A stretch of 59,080 bases of DNA, from contig CAYWBK010000001.1 of the NCBI GenBank assembly GCA_964455745.1, forward strand, positions 1 to 59,080, in the 5' to 3' direction. The notes beneath the pieces were generated by a model, which was not told the origin of the DNA, ran no database searches, and saw only the letters and a program-made list of their open reading frames with translations. Every line of letters starts with the position of its first letter. The stretch's first letter is position 1. Both the position numbers and the translations under genes were made by a program. Below are positions 25,536 through 35,434 of this stretch, piece after piece. The DNA is from an uncultured Armatimonadia bacterium (GTDB taxonomy: Bacteria; Armatimonadota; Zipacnadia; Zipacnadales; CAYWBK01).

Positions 25536-26669
25536 ATGGATACCACACGCTATGATATGCCTGCGCGGCAGGAAATGATCCAAGCTCTGATGCGACGCGA
25601 CGCGTCATACGACGGCCTGTTCTACTTTGCCGTCACGACGACCGGAATCTTCTGCAGGCCATCCTGTCCGGCGCGAAGACCGAAGCCCGAGCACGTGGAG
25701 TTCTATGCCAGTCAACGTGAGGCGCTGTTCGCCGGCTTCCGGCCCTGCGCCCGGTGCCGACCTCTCGAAAGCGAAGACGGCGCGCCGGACTGGGCGACAA
25801 CGCTTGTGCGACGGGTGGAGGCAGACCCGACACGGCGCATCACCGATATGGAGCTTCGGCGGGAGGGCATCGATCCTGTGGCGGCTCGCCGGTTTTTCAA
25901 GAAAGCCTTCGGCCTGACCTTCCAGGCTTACGCGCGGGCCAGGCGCCTCGGATCTGCGTTCGCAGCCATCAAGGCAGGGGCAAGTCTCGACGACGCTGTC
26001 TTCGATCACGACTGGGAGTCGCATTCCGGGTTCCGCGAGGCCTTCGAGAAGGCCTCCGGCACGACGCCAGGCGCGGCTCGGGCGTCCGACTTCGTTCGCC
26101 TGGCATGGATCGAGACGCCGCTGGGGCCGATGGTTGCAGCGGCCACCGAAGATGCTGTCTGCCTGTTGGAGTTCTCTGATCGCCGGATGCTGGAAGCGCA
26201 GTTGGCAACGCTGAGGCGGCGCTTCCGTCTCCCCCTTCTGCCGGGTGACAGCCCTCTCTTCGATCGGCTCCGCGCCGAACTATCCGAGTATTTCACCGGC
26301 CGGCGCTCAGCATTCGATCTGCCACTCAAGTACCCCGGCACCGAGTTTCAACATCAGGTGTGGGATGCACTGCTGCATATCCCATACGGCGAAACGCGCA
26401 GTTACTCGGATCTTGCCCGCGAAATGGGCGATCCACAGGCGGCTCGCGCCGTGGGGCGTGCCGTCGGCCTCAACCGGATTGCCATTCTCGTCCCATGCCA
26501 CCGTGTCATCAACGCGGACGGGGGGCTCGGCGGATACGGCGGGGGCTTGTGGCGAAAGCTGCGACTGCTCGAAACTGAGGCGGCAGGTCGGCGCCCCGAG
26601 GCCCTGAAGGGGGACGCCGGCCCTGAGGCTCTCTCCCACGTCGGCGAGTTGATGCCTTGGCAGACGTGA
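25536..26669 (+). CDS. ada: Bifunctional Ada-like regulator / O6-methylguanine-DNA methyltransferase
   Basis: FCRPSCPARRP..CARCRP (Ada zinc site), an AraC-type HTH region, and the PCHRVI active site. Start at the ATG at 25536. Confidence 0.85.
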   Translation: MDTTRYDMPARQEMIQALMRRDASYDGLFYFAVTTTGIFCRPSCPARRPKPEHVEFYASQREALFAGFRPCARCRPLESEDGAPDWATTLVRRVEADPTRRITDMELRREGIDPVAARRFFKKAFGLTFQAYARARRLGSAFAAIKAGASLDDAVFDHDWESHSGFREAFEKASGTTPGAARASDFVRLAWIETPLGPMVAAATEDAVCLLEFSDRRMLEAQLATLRRRFRLPLLPGDSPLFDRLRAELSEYFTGRRSAFDLPLKYPGTEFQHQVWDALLHIPYGETRSYSDLAREMGDPQAARAVGRAVGLNRIAILVPCHRVINADGGLGGYGGGLWRKLRLLETEAAGRRPEALKGDAGPEALSHVGELMPWQT

Positions 26670-26703
26670 ATCTTTGGCGGGACTGCTGAACGGCCCTAAC
26701 ACC

Positions 26704-26726
26704 TTGGGGGGATTGCATCCCCCCAA
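26704..26726. terminator. 10-bp GC hairpin between convergent genes (REP family GGGGGAyTGCrTCCCCC)
   Basis: ttggggggat-tgc-atccccccaa. A related copy lies at 33222-33242. Confidence 0.55.
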
Positions 26727-26809
26727 ACCCCTGCGGTACTGAACGTCAAAGGCCTTACAGGCTTCTATCCAAGTTCACGACTGACGGAATGATCGGGCGT
26801 CGCGCGACT

Positions 26810-29071
26810 TCATTGTCCGGATTGGCGGTCTGCCGCTTTGCCCCGCACCGCATATATCTGCGCGTTTATCGTACGCGCCGCGTTCACCAACTCCCAATAG
26901 GGGTAGTCCGCATTCGAGACGAAACCGATGTTGTAGTTCTCCCCGTCCCAGCGACCGGTCAGCGGCTCGTCGTGGTACTGGAACCAGTGGCAGCCCACAA
27001 ATGCCGGCAGCGCCCACGCGCTCCGAACGTACTGCGCATACAACCGGCCGCGCTCGCCCTGGTCGTGGGCACTGTTGCAGCCGACGTTGAACATACCCCG
27101 GTCCAGCGCCCCGAAGTGGAACTCCCCGATCAAGCACGGCTTGCCGAGAGTGCTCGTAAACGCCCACTTGTCCGTCAGCAAGGCAGGCTCGTAGACATTG
27201 AAGCTAACCACATCGCACGTGTCGGCTGCAGCGCGGACGATCTCCATGTCGGGCGGCAAATTCGCGAACCGGCAGCCGAGGTTGAGGTGGTTCGGATCGG
27301 CCTTCTTTAGCGCGGCGGCGGCGACCTCGAAGTGCCTGCGCGCGAAAAGCGCCAGGAAACCCTTCAAGTCGGCCTTGCAGGCGTCGGTCATCGCAGCGGG
27401 GACTTTCACGGGCTCGACAAGAAGTTTCTCCCAGCTTGCGCAGGCGGTGTGCCAGGCCTCATTCAGCCGCGCGATGTCGGCATATCTCCCTCTCAGCCGA
27501 TCAACGAAGGCGCGCTTGGCAGCAAGCGTGTCGTCCGAGGCCAATGCGGAGATTGCGACATCGAGGTCCGCCTCATTCGGGCCGCTTCCCCAGCGCGCCC
27601 AGGCGACCTCGTTCTCGAAAAAGTAACCGATGCACCACGGATCGTCGCGCGAATCGCGGATCACGTGCTTCTCGACCCACGTGGGCATGGCATCAAGCGG
27701 CGGATTGGCCAGAAGCTCGTTCAGCCGGCCGGGGAACGCTTCGTCGAAGACATCCACCTGATCGCCCGAATGCGCGGTCGGAAAGTAGCGCAGCACGCGA
27801 TGCTGGTCAAGCCAGCCGAGAACAACCGGCACCGTGTATGGCACGCGGCGCTGGCGGCAGGCTTCCGGCAGCGACCAGTTGCCGAGCGTGTTGAATCCCC
27901 AGGCGAGCATCCGCCGGGAACTGATGTCGGCATACCGGCGCTGCCAGTCCGGCCCGTATTTGCGGCGCAGATTCATCGCGTTGAAGTCCGCCCAGCGATC
28001 GGCGCGGACGAGACAGAACTCCTCGAGCGGGTCGCCCTTGCCGGGGAGCCAGGAGAACAGCTCATCGCGGCCGGTGATATGGGTGGTTTCCGAGGGGAAC
28101 GCGACGCCGTCGATACCCTGAGAGAAGAAAAGGTGCCCTGACGGGGTAACCAGCCACCATCGCCCGCCCTGCCTGGGCCCGCCGGCGACTTCCGCGTTGC
28201 CGACGACATACGCGGTGCGGAAGAAGCCGGTCGCCCGCAGCTCCGGGCCGGCCGCCCAGCCGCCGTACTCGTCGAGATCGGCCGGGCGCTTCTGGCCAGC
28301 GATCCACTGTTCTTCCTCGGCCAGTTCCCGCTGCAAGTCTGCGTCGGAATGCACCTTGCCCGGCCAGTCGTCGCGGCTGTACTGCCCGTAGCGATCCACG
28401 ATGCCCTTCAGATCGGGCCTGGGCAGCAGGCGCACATTGTCGATGATGAGGGTGTGGTCCTTCGTCGGCCCCGGGAGCCAGATCTCAAAAGTGGTGATAT
28501 GCGACCAGTCAAGCGGCTCGCCGACGGGTCCGTCCTGCGTGGTTGGGAGCGCGCCGGGGACGACCGTGGGGCCGCGACGCATCTCGGCCATGCGCTCGAA
28601 GGTGACCTCCACCGTGACGGTGCGGCCCGAAGGCAGCGACTGATACAGCCAGCCGGTGCGGGAATGATGGGCGCCATCGGCGGCCGGATCGTCATCGACA
28701 CGGGTGGCCAGATAGGGCTCAGCCCGTTCGAGGTTCGTGACATCGAATGCCACTGCCCCGTACTGCCGCCAGTCGCCGCTGGGGAAGCCCTGTCCTACGT
28801 GGAAGGTGATGTTGGGCCACGGGCCGGGGTGGAATACCACTTTAGCGGCGTGTGTGCCATCGGTTACGCCCTTGCCCATCACCAGCGAGATGGTGACATT
28901 GGAGGGCACGACCTTCGCAATATCGGCCTGCGACTCGAACGAGTTGATGCACGTCTCGGCGGCGAGGGCGATGCCGCCCAGGCCGAAGATCACCATGAGA
29001 GTGAGAACGGGCGCGAGCTTCAAGAGCGCTGGGCCTCCTCTTGATCCGTGCGAATGGGTGGAGAACGCCAT
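26810..29071 (-). CDS. Secreted glycoside hydrolase (GH50 beta-agarase-like / GH42-like guess)
   Basis: Signal/TM LLKLAPVLTLMVIFGLGGIALAAE. WGFNTLGNWS and KPCLIGEFHFGALD. The ATG overlaps the GH43 stop (TAATG at 29069-29073). Confidence 0.6.
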   Translation of the reverse strand: MAFSTHSHGSRGGPALLKLAPVLTLMVIFGLGGIALAAETCINSFESQADIAKVVPSNVTISLVMGKGVTDGTHAAKVVFHPGPWPNITFHVGQGFPSGDWRQYGAVAFDVTNLERAEPYLATRVDDDPAADGAHHSRTGWLYQSLPSGRTVTVEVTFERMAEMRRGPTVVPGALPTTQDGPVGEPLDWSHITTFEIWLPGPTKDHTLIIDNVRLLPRPDLKGIVDRYGQYSRDDWPGKVHSDADLQRELAEEEQWIAGQKRPADLDEYGGWAAGPELRATGFFRTAYVVGNAEVAGGPRQGGRWWLVTPSGHLFFSQGIDGVAFPSETTHITGRDELFSWLPGKGDPLEEFCLVRADRWADFNAMNLRRKYGPDWQRRYADISSRRMLAWGFNTLGNWSLPEACRQRRVPYTVPVVLGWLDQHRVLRYFPTAHSGDQVDVFDEAFPGRLNELLANPPLDAMPTWVEKHVIRDSRDDPWCIGYFFENEVAWARWGSGPNEADLDVAISALASDDTLAAKRAFVDRLRGRYADIARLNEAWHTACASWEKLLVEPVKVPAAMTDACKADLKGFLALFARRHFEVAAAALKKADPNHLNLGCRFANLPPDMEIVRAAADTCDVVSFNVYEPALLTDKWAFTSTLGKPCLIGEFHFGALDRGMFNVGCNSAHDQGERGRLYAQYVRSAWALPAFVGCHWFQYHDEPLTGRWDGENYNIGFVSNADYPYWELVNAARTINAQIYAVRGKAADRQSGQ

Positions 29072-29940
29072 TACCGCACCCTCAGTGCCCCGCCTTCTTC
29101 CACCAGCGGCAGTAGATGCGCCCTCTCATGTGGCGTTTCGTTCGGCGAGTGCAGCGTGAGGTAGAGCTGCCCGTCGAAGGCGCGGAAGATCATGCCGTGG
29201 CCGCCGTCGCCCTTGTATAGCGGCTCGGGGAGCTGCTCCCACGGGCCGGTGATCTTGCCGGTCTGCGAGCGCGCGACGCCCTGCGCGTATCCGGTGTCGC
29301 AAAAACTCGACCAGAGCATCAAGAGCGTCCCGTCGGCGCAGCGATGCAGGAACGGGCCATCGGTCACATAGTCCGCCTGGTTCTCCATGTGCCGACCCCA
29401 GGGGGCGTCGGAGGCGTGGAAGAGCAAGACCGGATCGCCGGTGGCGGCGCAAAGCTCCGGCGTGAGCGGGATCGCGCAGATCTGCCCGTCATGCACCTGC
29501 ACCCACTCATGGCAGAAGACCATCCACGGGATGTGATCCTCGGCGACGAAGAGCGTGCCGTCGAGGCATTCCCAGTCGCGCGGGGTGACGGGGCCGTTGC
29601 TGTGCACGCGGAAGGGGCCCCGAGGTGATTCCGAGCGCAATACCTGCGTCCCGCGGCAGACGCCCTCGGCCTTGAAGCTGGCGAGCATGTAGTACGAGTT
29701 GCCGTAGCGGTGGACCTCCGGGGCCCAGTAGTTGCGGTCCGACCAGAAGCCCGGCTCGGGGCGGAAGACCGGGAACGGGCCCTCCCACTCGGCAAAGTCG
29801 CTGCTGCAGTAGGCGTCGAAGCCCGTCGCCGGCGGACCCCAGCAGTTGAGGTCGGTGGTTCCATATAGATAGTACCGGCGCTCTTCGGCGACGGGGACGA
29901 TGAACGGGTCGCGGATTTGGATGTCGGTGAGACGGGGCAT
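29071..29940 (-). CDS. Glycoside hydrolase family 43
   Basis: SD AAGGAG lies before the ATG at 29940. IRDPFIV, YYLYGT, NYWAPEV, VTDGPF, GHG. Confidence 0.85.
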   Translation of the reverse strand: MPRLTDIQIRDPFIVPVAEERRYYLYGTTDLNCWGPPATGFDAYCSSDFAEWEGPFPVFRPEPGFWSDRNYWAPEVHRYGNSYYMLASFKAEGVCRGTQVLRSESPRGPFRVHSNGPVTPRDWECLDGTLFVAEDHIPWMVFCHEWVQVHDGQICAIPLTPELCAATGDPVLLFHASDAPWGRHMENQADYVTDGPFLHRCADGTLLMLWSSFCDTGYAQGVARSQTGKITGPWEQLPEPLYKGDGGHGMIFRAFDGQLYLTLHSPNETPHERAHLLPLVEEGGALRVR

Positions 29941-30061
29941 GATCGCACTCCTTGAGGGTGATGGGGTATTCCGCGGTCCGGCAGGCGGAACCTTCGCCAT
30001 CAAGGGTGCAGCCCGACGCGAGGGAGGGGCGAGGCGACTGCCACGCCCCTTCGCCCAGGTG

Positions 30062-30640
30062 TCATTGCGGTGGCACAGTAGGCGGGTGGCTATTGCGCCG
30101 AAACATCTCCGCGCCTTCGAGGGCGCGCGCCAGCCGCTCGTGGCGCTCGGGATCTTTCTCCGAAGCGAGAGCAAGCCGCAGTCTCGCGCAAGCCATCTCA
30201 GGGCCGTCGATCATGACAAGCATCTGGACTCCACCTGTTGCGGCTGCGTAGCCGTCGTCAACGGCCATGAGCTTGACAAGACCGGGCACTGCCGCACCGC
30301 CGATCCTGACCAATGCCAGAGCACAGGGGAAATTAGAGATCATCTCGGGGTGGTAGGACGGATGCGGCTCGAAAGCGGCGTGCTCCAGCAAAATTGGCAC
30401 GGCTTCGTTGGCCCGCAACTCACCCAGCAGCGTGGCAGCTGTAGCGGCATCGTCCGGCTTGGTGCGAAAGGCCTCACCGTTCTGCAGGAACCCAGTCAAA
30501 CTCAAGATCGCAGCCTTCCGCGCCTGGACTGCATCCTTTCCCACAGCGACAGGGTCCTGGTCGGCCGCACCAACTGCAGAGGCCAGTATGACCAGGAGTG
30601 CGGTTCGGAAGGTTAGTCCGGTCCATGTGCACTTGTGCAT
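30062..30640 (-). CDS. Hypothetical secreted protein (helical-repeat-like)
   Basis: Start at the ATG at 30640 with a hydrophobic leader TGLTFRTALLVILASAVGAA. No family recognised. Confidence 0.5.
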   Translation of the reverse strand: MHKCTWTGLTFRTALLVILASAVGAADQDPVAVGKDAVQARKAAILSLTGFLQNGEAFRTKPDDAATAATLLGELRANEAVPILLEHAAFEPHPSYHPEMISNFPCALALVRIGGAAVPGLVKLMAVDDGYAAATGGVQMLVMIDGPEMACARLRLALASEKDPERHERLARALEGAEMFRRNSHPPTVPPQ

Positions 30641-30805
30641 GCTGTTCCCATCGCTCCCTCGCCTATAGTTGCGATAAGTGTTCGCCACGTGCATGGACGA
30701 TCCTTCCGTCGAATGGCCAGCACTGTGCGCTGAAGGGCAAAGGCGGCGGCTGTGGAAATGGGGCGCTTGCCGCCAGACCCATCATCACCGCCACGGAGGC
30801 CATTC

Positions 30806-31144
30806 ATGTCCGATCGCATCATCCGCACCGATAAGTACACGCCGCACGCGAAGGAACCGGGCGTCTTCCTGAAGCACTTCTTCAGCAGCGCCGACAACGA
30901 CCGGCTCAACAACTTCGAGCTTCGCATCGACCCCGGCTGCGGCATCTCGCCGCACGTTCACGAAGCCGCGACCGAGTTCTTCTACGTCATCAGCGGGACA
31001 GGCGAAGTGCTGCTCAACGGGGAGTGGCAGGTGCTACAGCCCGGCGATGCCCTCAAGGCCACGACCGGCAACGAGCACGGGTTCCGCAACCGAACTGACG
31101 AACCGATGCTATTGTACGCGCTGTTCAGCCCGCCGGTTCGCTGA
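30806..31144 (+). CDS. Cupin domain protein
   Basis: SD GGAGG lies before the ATG at 30806. G-x5-HVH-x3-E...G and GNEHGFRN motifs. Confidence 0.8.
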   Translation: MSDRIIRTDKYTPHAKEPGVFLKHFFSSADNDRLNNFELRIDPGCGISPHVHEAATEFFYVISGTGEVLLNGEWQVLQPGDALKATTGNEHGFRNRTDEPMLLYALFSPPVR

Positions 31145-31235
31145 GGGGCGCGGGGGGAGGTCCGCGTTCGCGCCTCGCCGAAACACGCGTCGGCATTGCC
31201 AGGGCAATACACAGACTCCCGGAGGAATCTCACCG

Positions 31236-31883
31236 ATGACCGATTTCGCGCTCAAGAACGGCGACACGTTCGTAATGATCGGCGACAGCATTACCGATTG
31301 CGGTCGGCGCGATGTGGCCGCCCCGTACGGCGACGGGTATGTGGCGCTCACCGTAGACATGGCCCGCGCCGCGTGTCCTGCAGGCGGCTTCACCATCGTG
31401 AACAAGGGCATCGGCGGGGACAACACCCGGGGCCTTCTGGAGCGCTGGGATGACGATGTGATCCGCTACGACCCGGCGTGGGTGTCGATTCTCATCGGCA
31501 TCAACGATCAGCACACGTATATGGGCGACCCGGTGAACGGCATCAGCCCGAAAGTGTACCGCGAGTGCTACGACGCGTTCCTCGCACGCACGAAGGAAAA
31601 GACCTCAGCGCGGCTCATCATCCTCGACCCCTTCTACATCAGCGTCGCGGCGGCCGAGGGGACCTGGCGGCGCAAGGTGCTGGACTTGATCCCCGAGTAC
31701 ATCGCGGTGTGTGGCGAGATGGCGGCGAAGTATGACGCGGCGCATATCGCAACTCACGCGATCTACCAAGAACACCTCAAGTACCGGGATGCGGAGGCGT
31801 ATTGCCCGGAGCCGGTGCACCCGAACCGCGCCGGGCACGTGGTGATGGCGGCGGAGATCATCAAGGCGCTGCAAGGCGCGTAG
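31236..31883 (+). CDS. SGNH/GDSL hydrolase
   Basis: SD GGAGG. FVMIGDSITD, NKGIGGDNT, ILIGINDQ, C-terminal HPN..GH. Confidence 0.85.
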   Translation: MTDFALKNGDTFVMIGDSITDCGRRDVAAPYGDGYVALTVDMARAACPAGGFTIVNKGIGGDNTRGLLERWDDDVIRYDPAWVSILIGINDQHTYMGDPVNGISPKVYRECYDAFLARTKEKTSARLIILDPFYISVAAAEGTWRRKVLDLIPEYIAVCGEMAAKYDAAHIATHAIYQEHLKYRDAEAYCPEPVHPNRAGHVVMAAEIIKALQGA

Positions 31884-31906
31884 CGTCGGCAGCCGAGGAG
31901 AAGCCG

Positions 31907-33175
31907 ATGTCGCCAACAATGCCTAACGATGCGGACGACCGACGCGCAACGTGGCGGGCCTCTTTGGTGGACCCCGTTCGCGGCGAGTTGATCGGGACCG
32001 GAGTAGACCTCCCACAGCGCGTCCAGCAAGTGGCGGAGCCGCTGCGAGGCGAGCCAGCGTTCGACCCGGCGCTGATCGACGCCATTGCCGAGAGACTGCC
32101 CGTTCTGCCCGTGAGCACCGGCTCGCCGCTGCTGGACCGCTCCGTGACGATCGGCCTCGCGCACATTGAAGCAACGTTCCAGGGAGATCACCCGAAGTAC
32201 GGCGTGGGAACCTACGCCGAAGACATCCACGACGGGTTTCCACCGACGATCATCGCCACGGTGGACGCGCTGACTTTGTGGGGCCTGGCCGGTCGCGCGG
32301 AGACGCTCTTCGGCTACTGGCTGAACCGCTTCGTCCGCACGGACGGAACCATCGACTATTACGGCCCGTCCGGGAGTGAATACGGCCAAATCCTCACCAC
32401 GGCGCGACGTCTGCTGGATCGGGGCGGCGACGGGACATGGCTTGCCGCGCATCATTGCCAACTCGAACGCCTGTCGCTGCACCTGCGCGATCTGATCGAG
32501 TTCGGCGGGGGGACGCGGGTATTCGCAGACATCCCGGAAGCGGACGAGCGAGAGCAGACGGCAACGTACTTCCACAACATCGCCTGGGTTGTGCGCGGGC
32601 TGAACGACTGGGCCGAGGTTCTGGAAGCGTACCTGGGCAAGAGCGCGGAAGCTCACTGGTGCCGGACGGCGTCGCGCGACCTGAGGCGCGTGCTCCTCGA
32701 CGCGATCTCCGCCGCATGGCCGCAAGACCCCGATGACTGGTGGCTGCGCCCGACCGTCGAGGAGAATGACGGATACCTGTCCCGCCCCGAGGGCTTCATC
32801 ACCCAAAACCGCTTCGGCAGCTACACCAACTACCGCTACTGGCCGGAGCTTCTGTCGAGCGGGGCGCTGTTGTCGGAGATGATGCGGCGAATTGTGAAGG
32901 CGCGGCTGAACAGCGGCGGCCAATTCTGCGGCATGACGCGATTTGAAGAGCGCCTCGACGACTGGCCTCTCGCGGAGTATCTCGAAGGCCTGTGGCATCT
33001 GGGGCTGTACGACGACTACCGGCTGACCCTTTGGGGGCATATCTGTTACCACCAGGCGGAGGGGCACTTGACCGCTTACGAGCAGGTCACCCTCCCGCCG
33101 GGCGAAAAGGTGGCCGATTACTGCCTACCGTGCCAACTGGTGGCGGCACGCGCCGCGAAGCGGCTGATCGCCTAA
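31907..33175 (+). CDS. Hypothetical protein (possible alpha/alpha-barrel glycosidase-like)
   Basis: SD GAGGAG lies before the ATG at 31907. 422 aa with coding-like composition. No family recognised. Confidence 0.55.
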   Translation: MSPTMPNDADDRRATWRASLVDPVRGELIGTGVDLPQRVQQVAEPLRGEPAFDPALIDAIAERLPVLPVSTGSPLLDRSVTIGLAHIEATFQGDHPKYGVGTYAEDIHDGFPPTIIATVDALTLWGLAGRAETLFGYWLNRFVRTDGTIDYYGPSGSEYGQILTTARRLLDRGGDGTWLAAHHCQLERLSLHLRDLIEFGGGTRVFADIPEADEREQTATYFHNIAWVVRGLNDWAEVLEAYLGKSAEAHWCRTASRDLRRVLLDAISAAWPQDPDDWWLRPTVEENDGYLSRPEGFITQNRFGSYTNYRYWPELLSSGALLSEMMRRIVKARLNSGGQFCGMTRFEERLDDWPLAEYLEGLWHLGLYDDYRLTLWGHICYHQAEGHLTAYEQVTLPPGEKVADYCLPCQLVAARAAKRLIA

Positions 33176-33221
33176 CCTGAGGCAGGACCGGCGAGACACG
33201 AACTGCAACGGCTTTTACGCC

Positions 33222-33242
33222 CTGGGGGACTGCGTCCCCCAG
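33222..33242. terminator. 9-bp GC hairpin (same REP family as 26704)
   Basis: ctgggggac-tgc-gtcccccag, followed by accccgc as in the 26.7-kb copy. Confidence 0.5.
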
Positions 33243-33276
33243 ACCCCGCATCGCCACGGAGGCTACTGACCGTTCA

Positions 33277-35196
33277 ATGCGCTGGGAACTCACCGCCGAC
33301 CACGCCATCACCTGGAATGTCGCCGAAGACGGCCACCTTCCCCACGAAGATCACGTGGAGATGAGCGGACGCCGCATCTCGACTATCGTCACCTATGGGG
33401 CCGATGCCGACGGCCGCCTGACGCTCGCGCGCGAGGTCATCTGGCCGATGCTTCGGACCATGCCCGGCGATGTCAGGGGCTACCTGCGCCGCCACTACGG
33501 CGACGAATGCGCCCCTGATGTGCTCGTCGACGGCGAGCGCTTCTCCCCACCCCCGCTCCGGCGCGTCAGATTCGATGGCACACTGACCTTCGAGCATCGT
33601 CCGAGCGCCTCCGGCCTGGCGCTGGTCCGCACACTGTGGCCTTCCACCAACAGCACAGCCGTGTTCGAGCAGTGGACACTGCGCAACTCCGGCTCGCGCC
33701 GCATTCGCGTTGAAGTGACCGGCAGCGGCACCACGGAGACTGACAGCGGCGTCTACGGAGAATACGCGCTGGAGACGCAGATCATCGCGCCGGGCGCTCG
33801 CGATGTCACTCCGGGCGACGCCGTCGTCTTCAGCATAGCCTTCACGGCGCGCAAGACGGCGGATGCCCCGCTCGCGCCGGATCTTGCCGCCGAACTGCAA
33901 GCGCGGGAGGGCTTCTTGCGGGAAATCGGCTCGGCCCTGCGTCTGGAGACACCGGAACCCGCGCTCAACGCCGCCTTCGACTTCGCGAAGATCCGCGCGG
34001 CGGAAAGTATCTTCGATACCGCGATGGGCCTGGTGCACTCGCCCGGCGGAGGAAATTACTACGGCGGCATCTGGGCGAACGATCAGGCCGAGTACTCAGG
34101 GCCGTTCTTCCCGTTCCTCGGCTACGCAACTGCCAACGAGGCCGCGCTGAATGCCTATCGCGTTTTCGCCCGCGCGATGACGCCCGCATACGAGGCGCTG
34201 CCGTCCTCGTTCGAAGTCGAGGGCACGGTCGCCTGGTCCGGAGCCGGGGACCGTGGCGACGCGGCGATGATCGCCTACGGCGCGTCGCGCTTCGCTTTAG
34301 CGCGCGGGGACCGGGAGATCGCCGAGGAACTCTGGCCGGCGATTGCGTGGTGTCTGGAGTTCTGCCGCCGGAAGACGAGCGCCACGGGTATCGTTGAGTC
34401 CGATTCCGATGAACTGGAGAACCGTTTCGAGAGCGGATCGGCGAACCTGTCGACATCAACCCTCGCCTACGGCGGGCTGCGCTCGGCGGCGAACCTGGGG
34501 CGCGAGCTTGGGCATAGCGAACAGGCCGGCGAGTACGATCGCCGGGCCGATGTGTTAAGGGCAGCCATTGAGGGCTATTTCGGAGCGAATGTCGAGGGAT
34601 TCGACACCTACCGCTACTATGACGGCAACACGGTCCTGCGCTCGTGGATCTGCCTGCCGCTGACGATGGGCATCCTGGAGCGCAAGGCGGGAACCATCGC
34701 CGCGCTGTTTTCGCCGCGTCTCTGGACCGACGACGGACTGGCGACTGAGAGCGGCGACAAGGTCTTCTGGGACCGCTCGACTCTGTATGCCTTGCGCGGG
34801 GTTTTCGCGGCCGGCGAGACCGAGCTGGCCCTGCGCCATCTGATCGCCTACAGTCAAAGGCGACTCCTCGGCGAGCACGTGCCCTACCCGGTGGAAGCCT
34901 ACCCGGAGAACAATCAGCAGCACCTGTCCGCGGAGAGCGCCTTGTACTGCCGCGTCGCCATCGAGGGCATCTTCGGCGTCACCCCGACGGGCCTGCGCAG
35001 CTTCACCTGCACCCCGAGGCTTCCCGCGCAGTGGCCGGCGATGGCTCTACGCGGTGTCCGCGCATTCGGGCGCAGTTTCGACCTGCACGTCGAGCGCAAA
35101 GGCGCTGGGCTGGTCGTGACCGTCCAGGCCGGCGAGCGGACCGCCTTCCGAGACGAGGGGGCGGAGGGCGACACGTTTGCGGTTGTGCTGCCGTGA
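33277..35196 (+). CDS. Putative six-hairpin glycoside hydrolase (glycogen-debranching/GH63-like guess)
   Basis: 639 aa. GGGNYYGGIWANDQAEYSGPFFPFLGY block. Function call is weak. Confidence 0.5.
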   Translation: MRWELTADHAITWNVAEDGHLPHEDHVEMSGRRISTIVTYGADADGRLTLAREVIWPMLRTMPGDVRGYLRRHYGDECAPDVLVDGERFSPPPLRRVRFDGTLTFEHRPSASGLALVRTLWPSTNSTAVFEQWTLRNSGSRRIRVEVTGSGTTETDSGVYGEYALETQIIAPGARDVTPGDAVVFSIAFTARKTADAPLAPDLAAELQAREGFLREIGSALRLETPEPALNAAFDFAKIRAAESIFDTAMGLVHSPGGGNYYGGIWANDQAEYSGPFFPFLGYATANEAALNAYRVFARAMTPAYEALPSSFEVEGTVAWSGAGDRGDAAMIAYGASRFALARGDREIAEELWPAIAWCLEFCRRKTSATGIVESDSDELENRFESGSANLSTSTLAYGGLRSAANLGRELGHSEQAGEYDRRADVLRAAIEGYFGANVEGFDTYRYYDGNTVLRSWICLPLTMGILERKAGTIAALFSPRLWTDDGLATESGDKVFWDRSTLYALRGVFAAGETELALRHLIAYSQRRLLGEHVPYPVEAYPENNQQHLSAESALYCRVAIEGIFGVTPTGLRSFTCTPRLPAQWPAMALRGVRAFGRSFDLHVERKGAGLVVTVQAGERTAFRDEGAEGDTFAVVLP

Positions 35197-35260
35197 TGTC
35201 GTCTGCCGCTTTTCGACAATATCATCTCTATCGAGGCAACTGCAAGAATCGCTGCGTCGT

Positions 35261-35384
35261 CTGTAGGAGCGAGCTCCAGACCGCGATTGCCGTTAATGCG
35301 CCGCTTCAAAAACATGCTTTTGTCTCCATAGACGCTATTTGCACATAATGCGGGGCGGTCGCACTCTGGAGAGTGCTCCTACAG
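35261..35384. repeat. Imperfect inverted repeat pair (REP-like: ctgtaggagc..ctccaga..ccgc)
   Basis: Left arm 35261-35284 and right arm 35355-35384, in an AT-richer intergenic gap. Confidence 0.45.
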
Positions 35385-35434
35385 ACTTCTGCAATCGTCT
35401 CTATCATCTCAGGATTCGGGTGTCATCTCAAACC

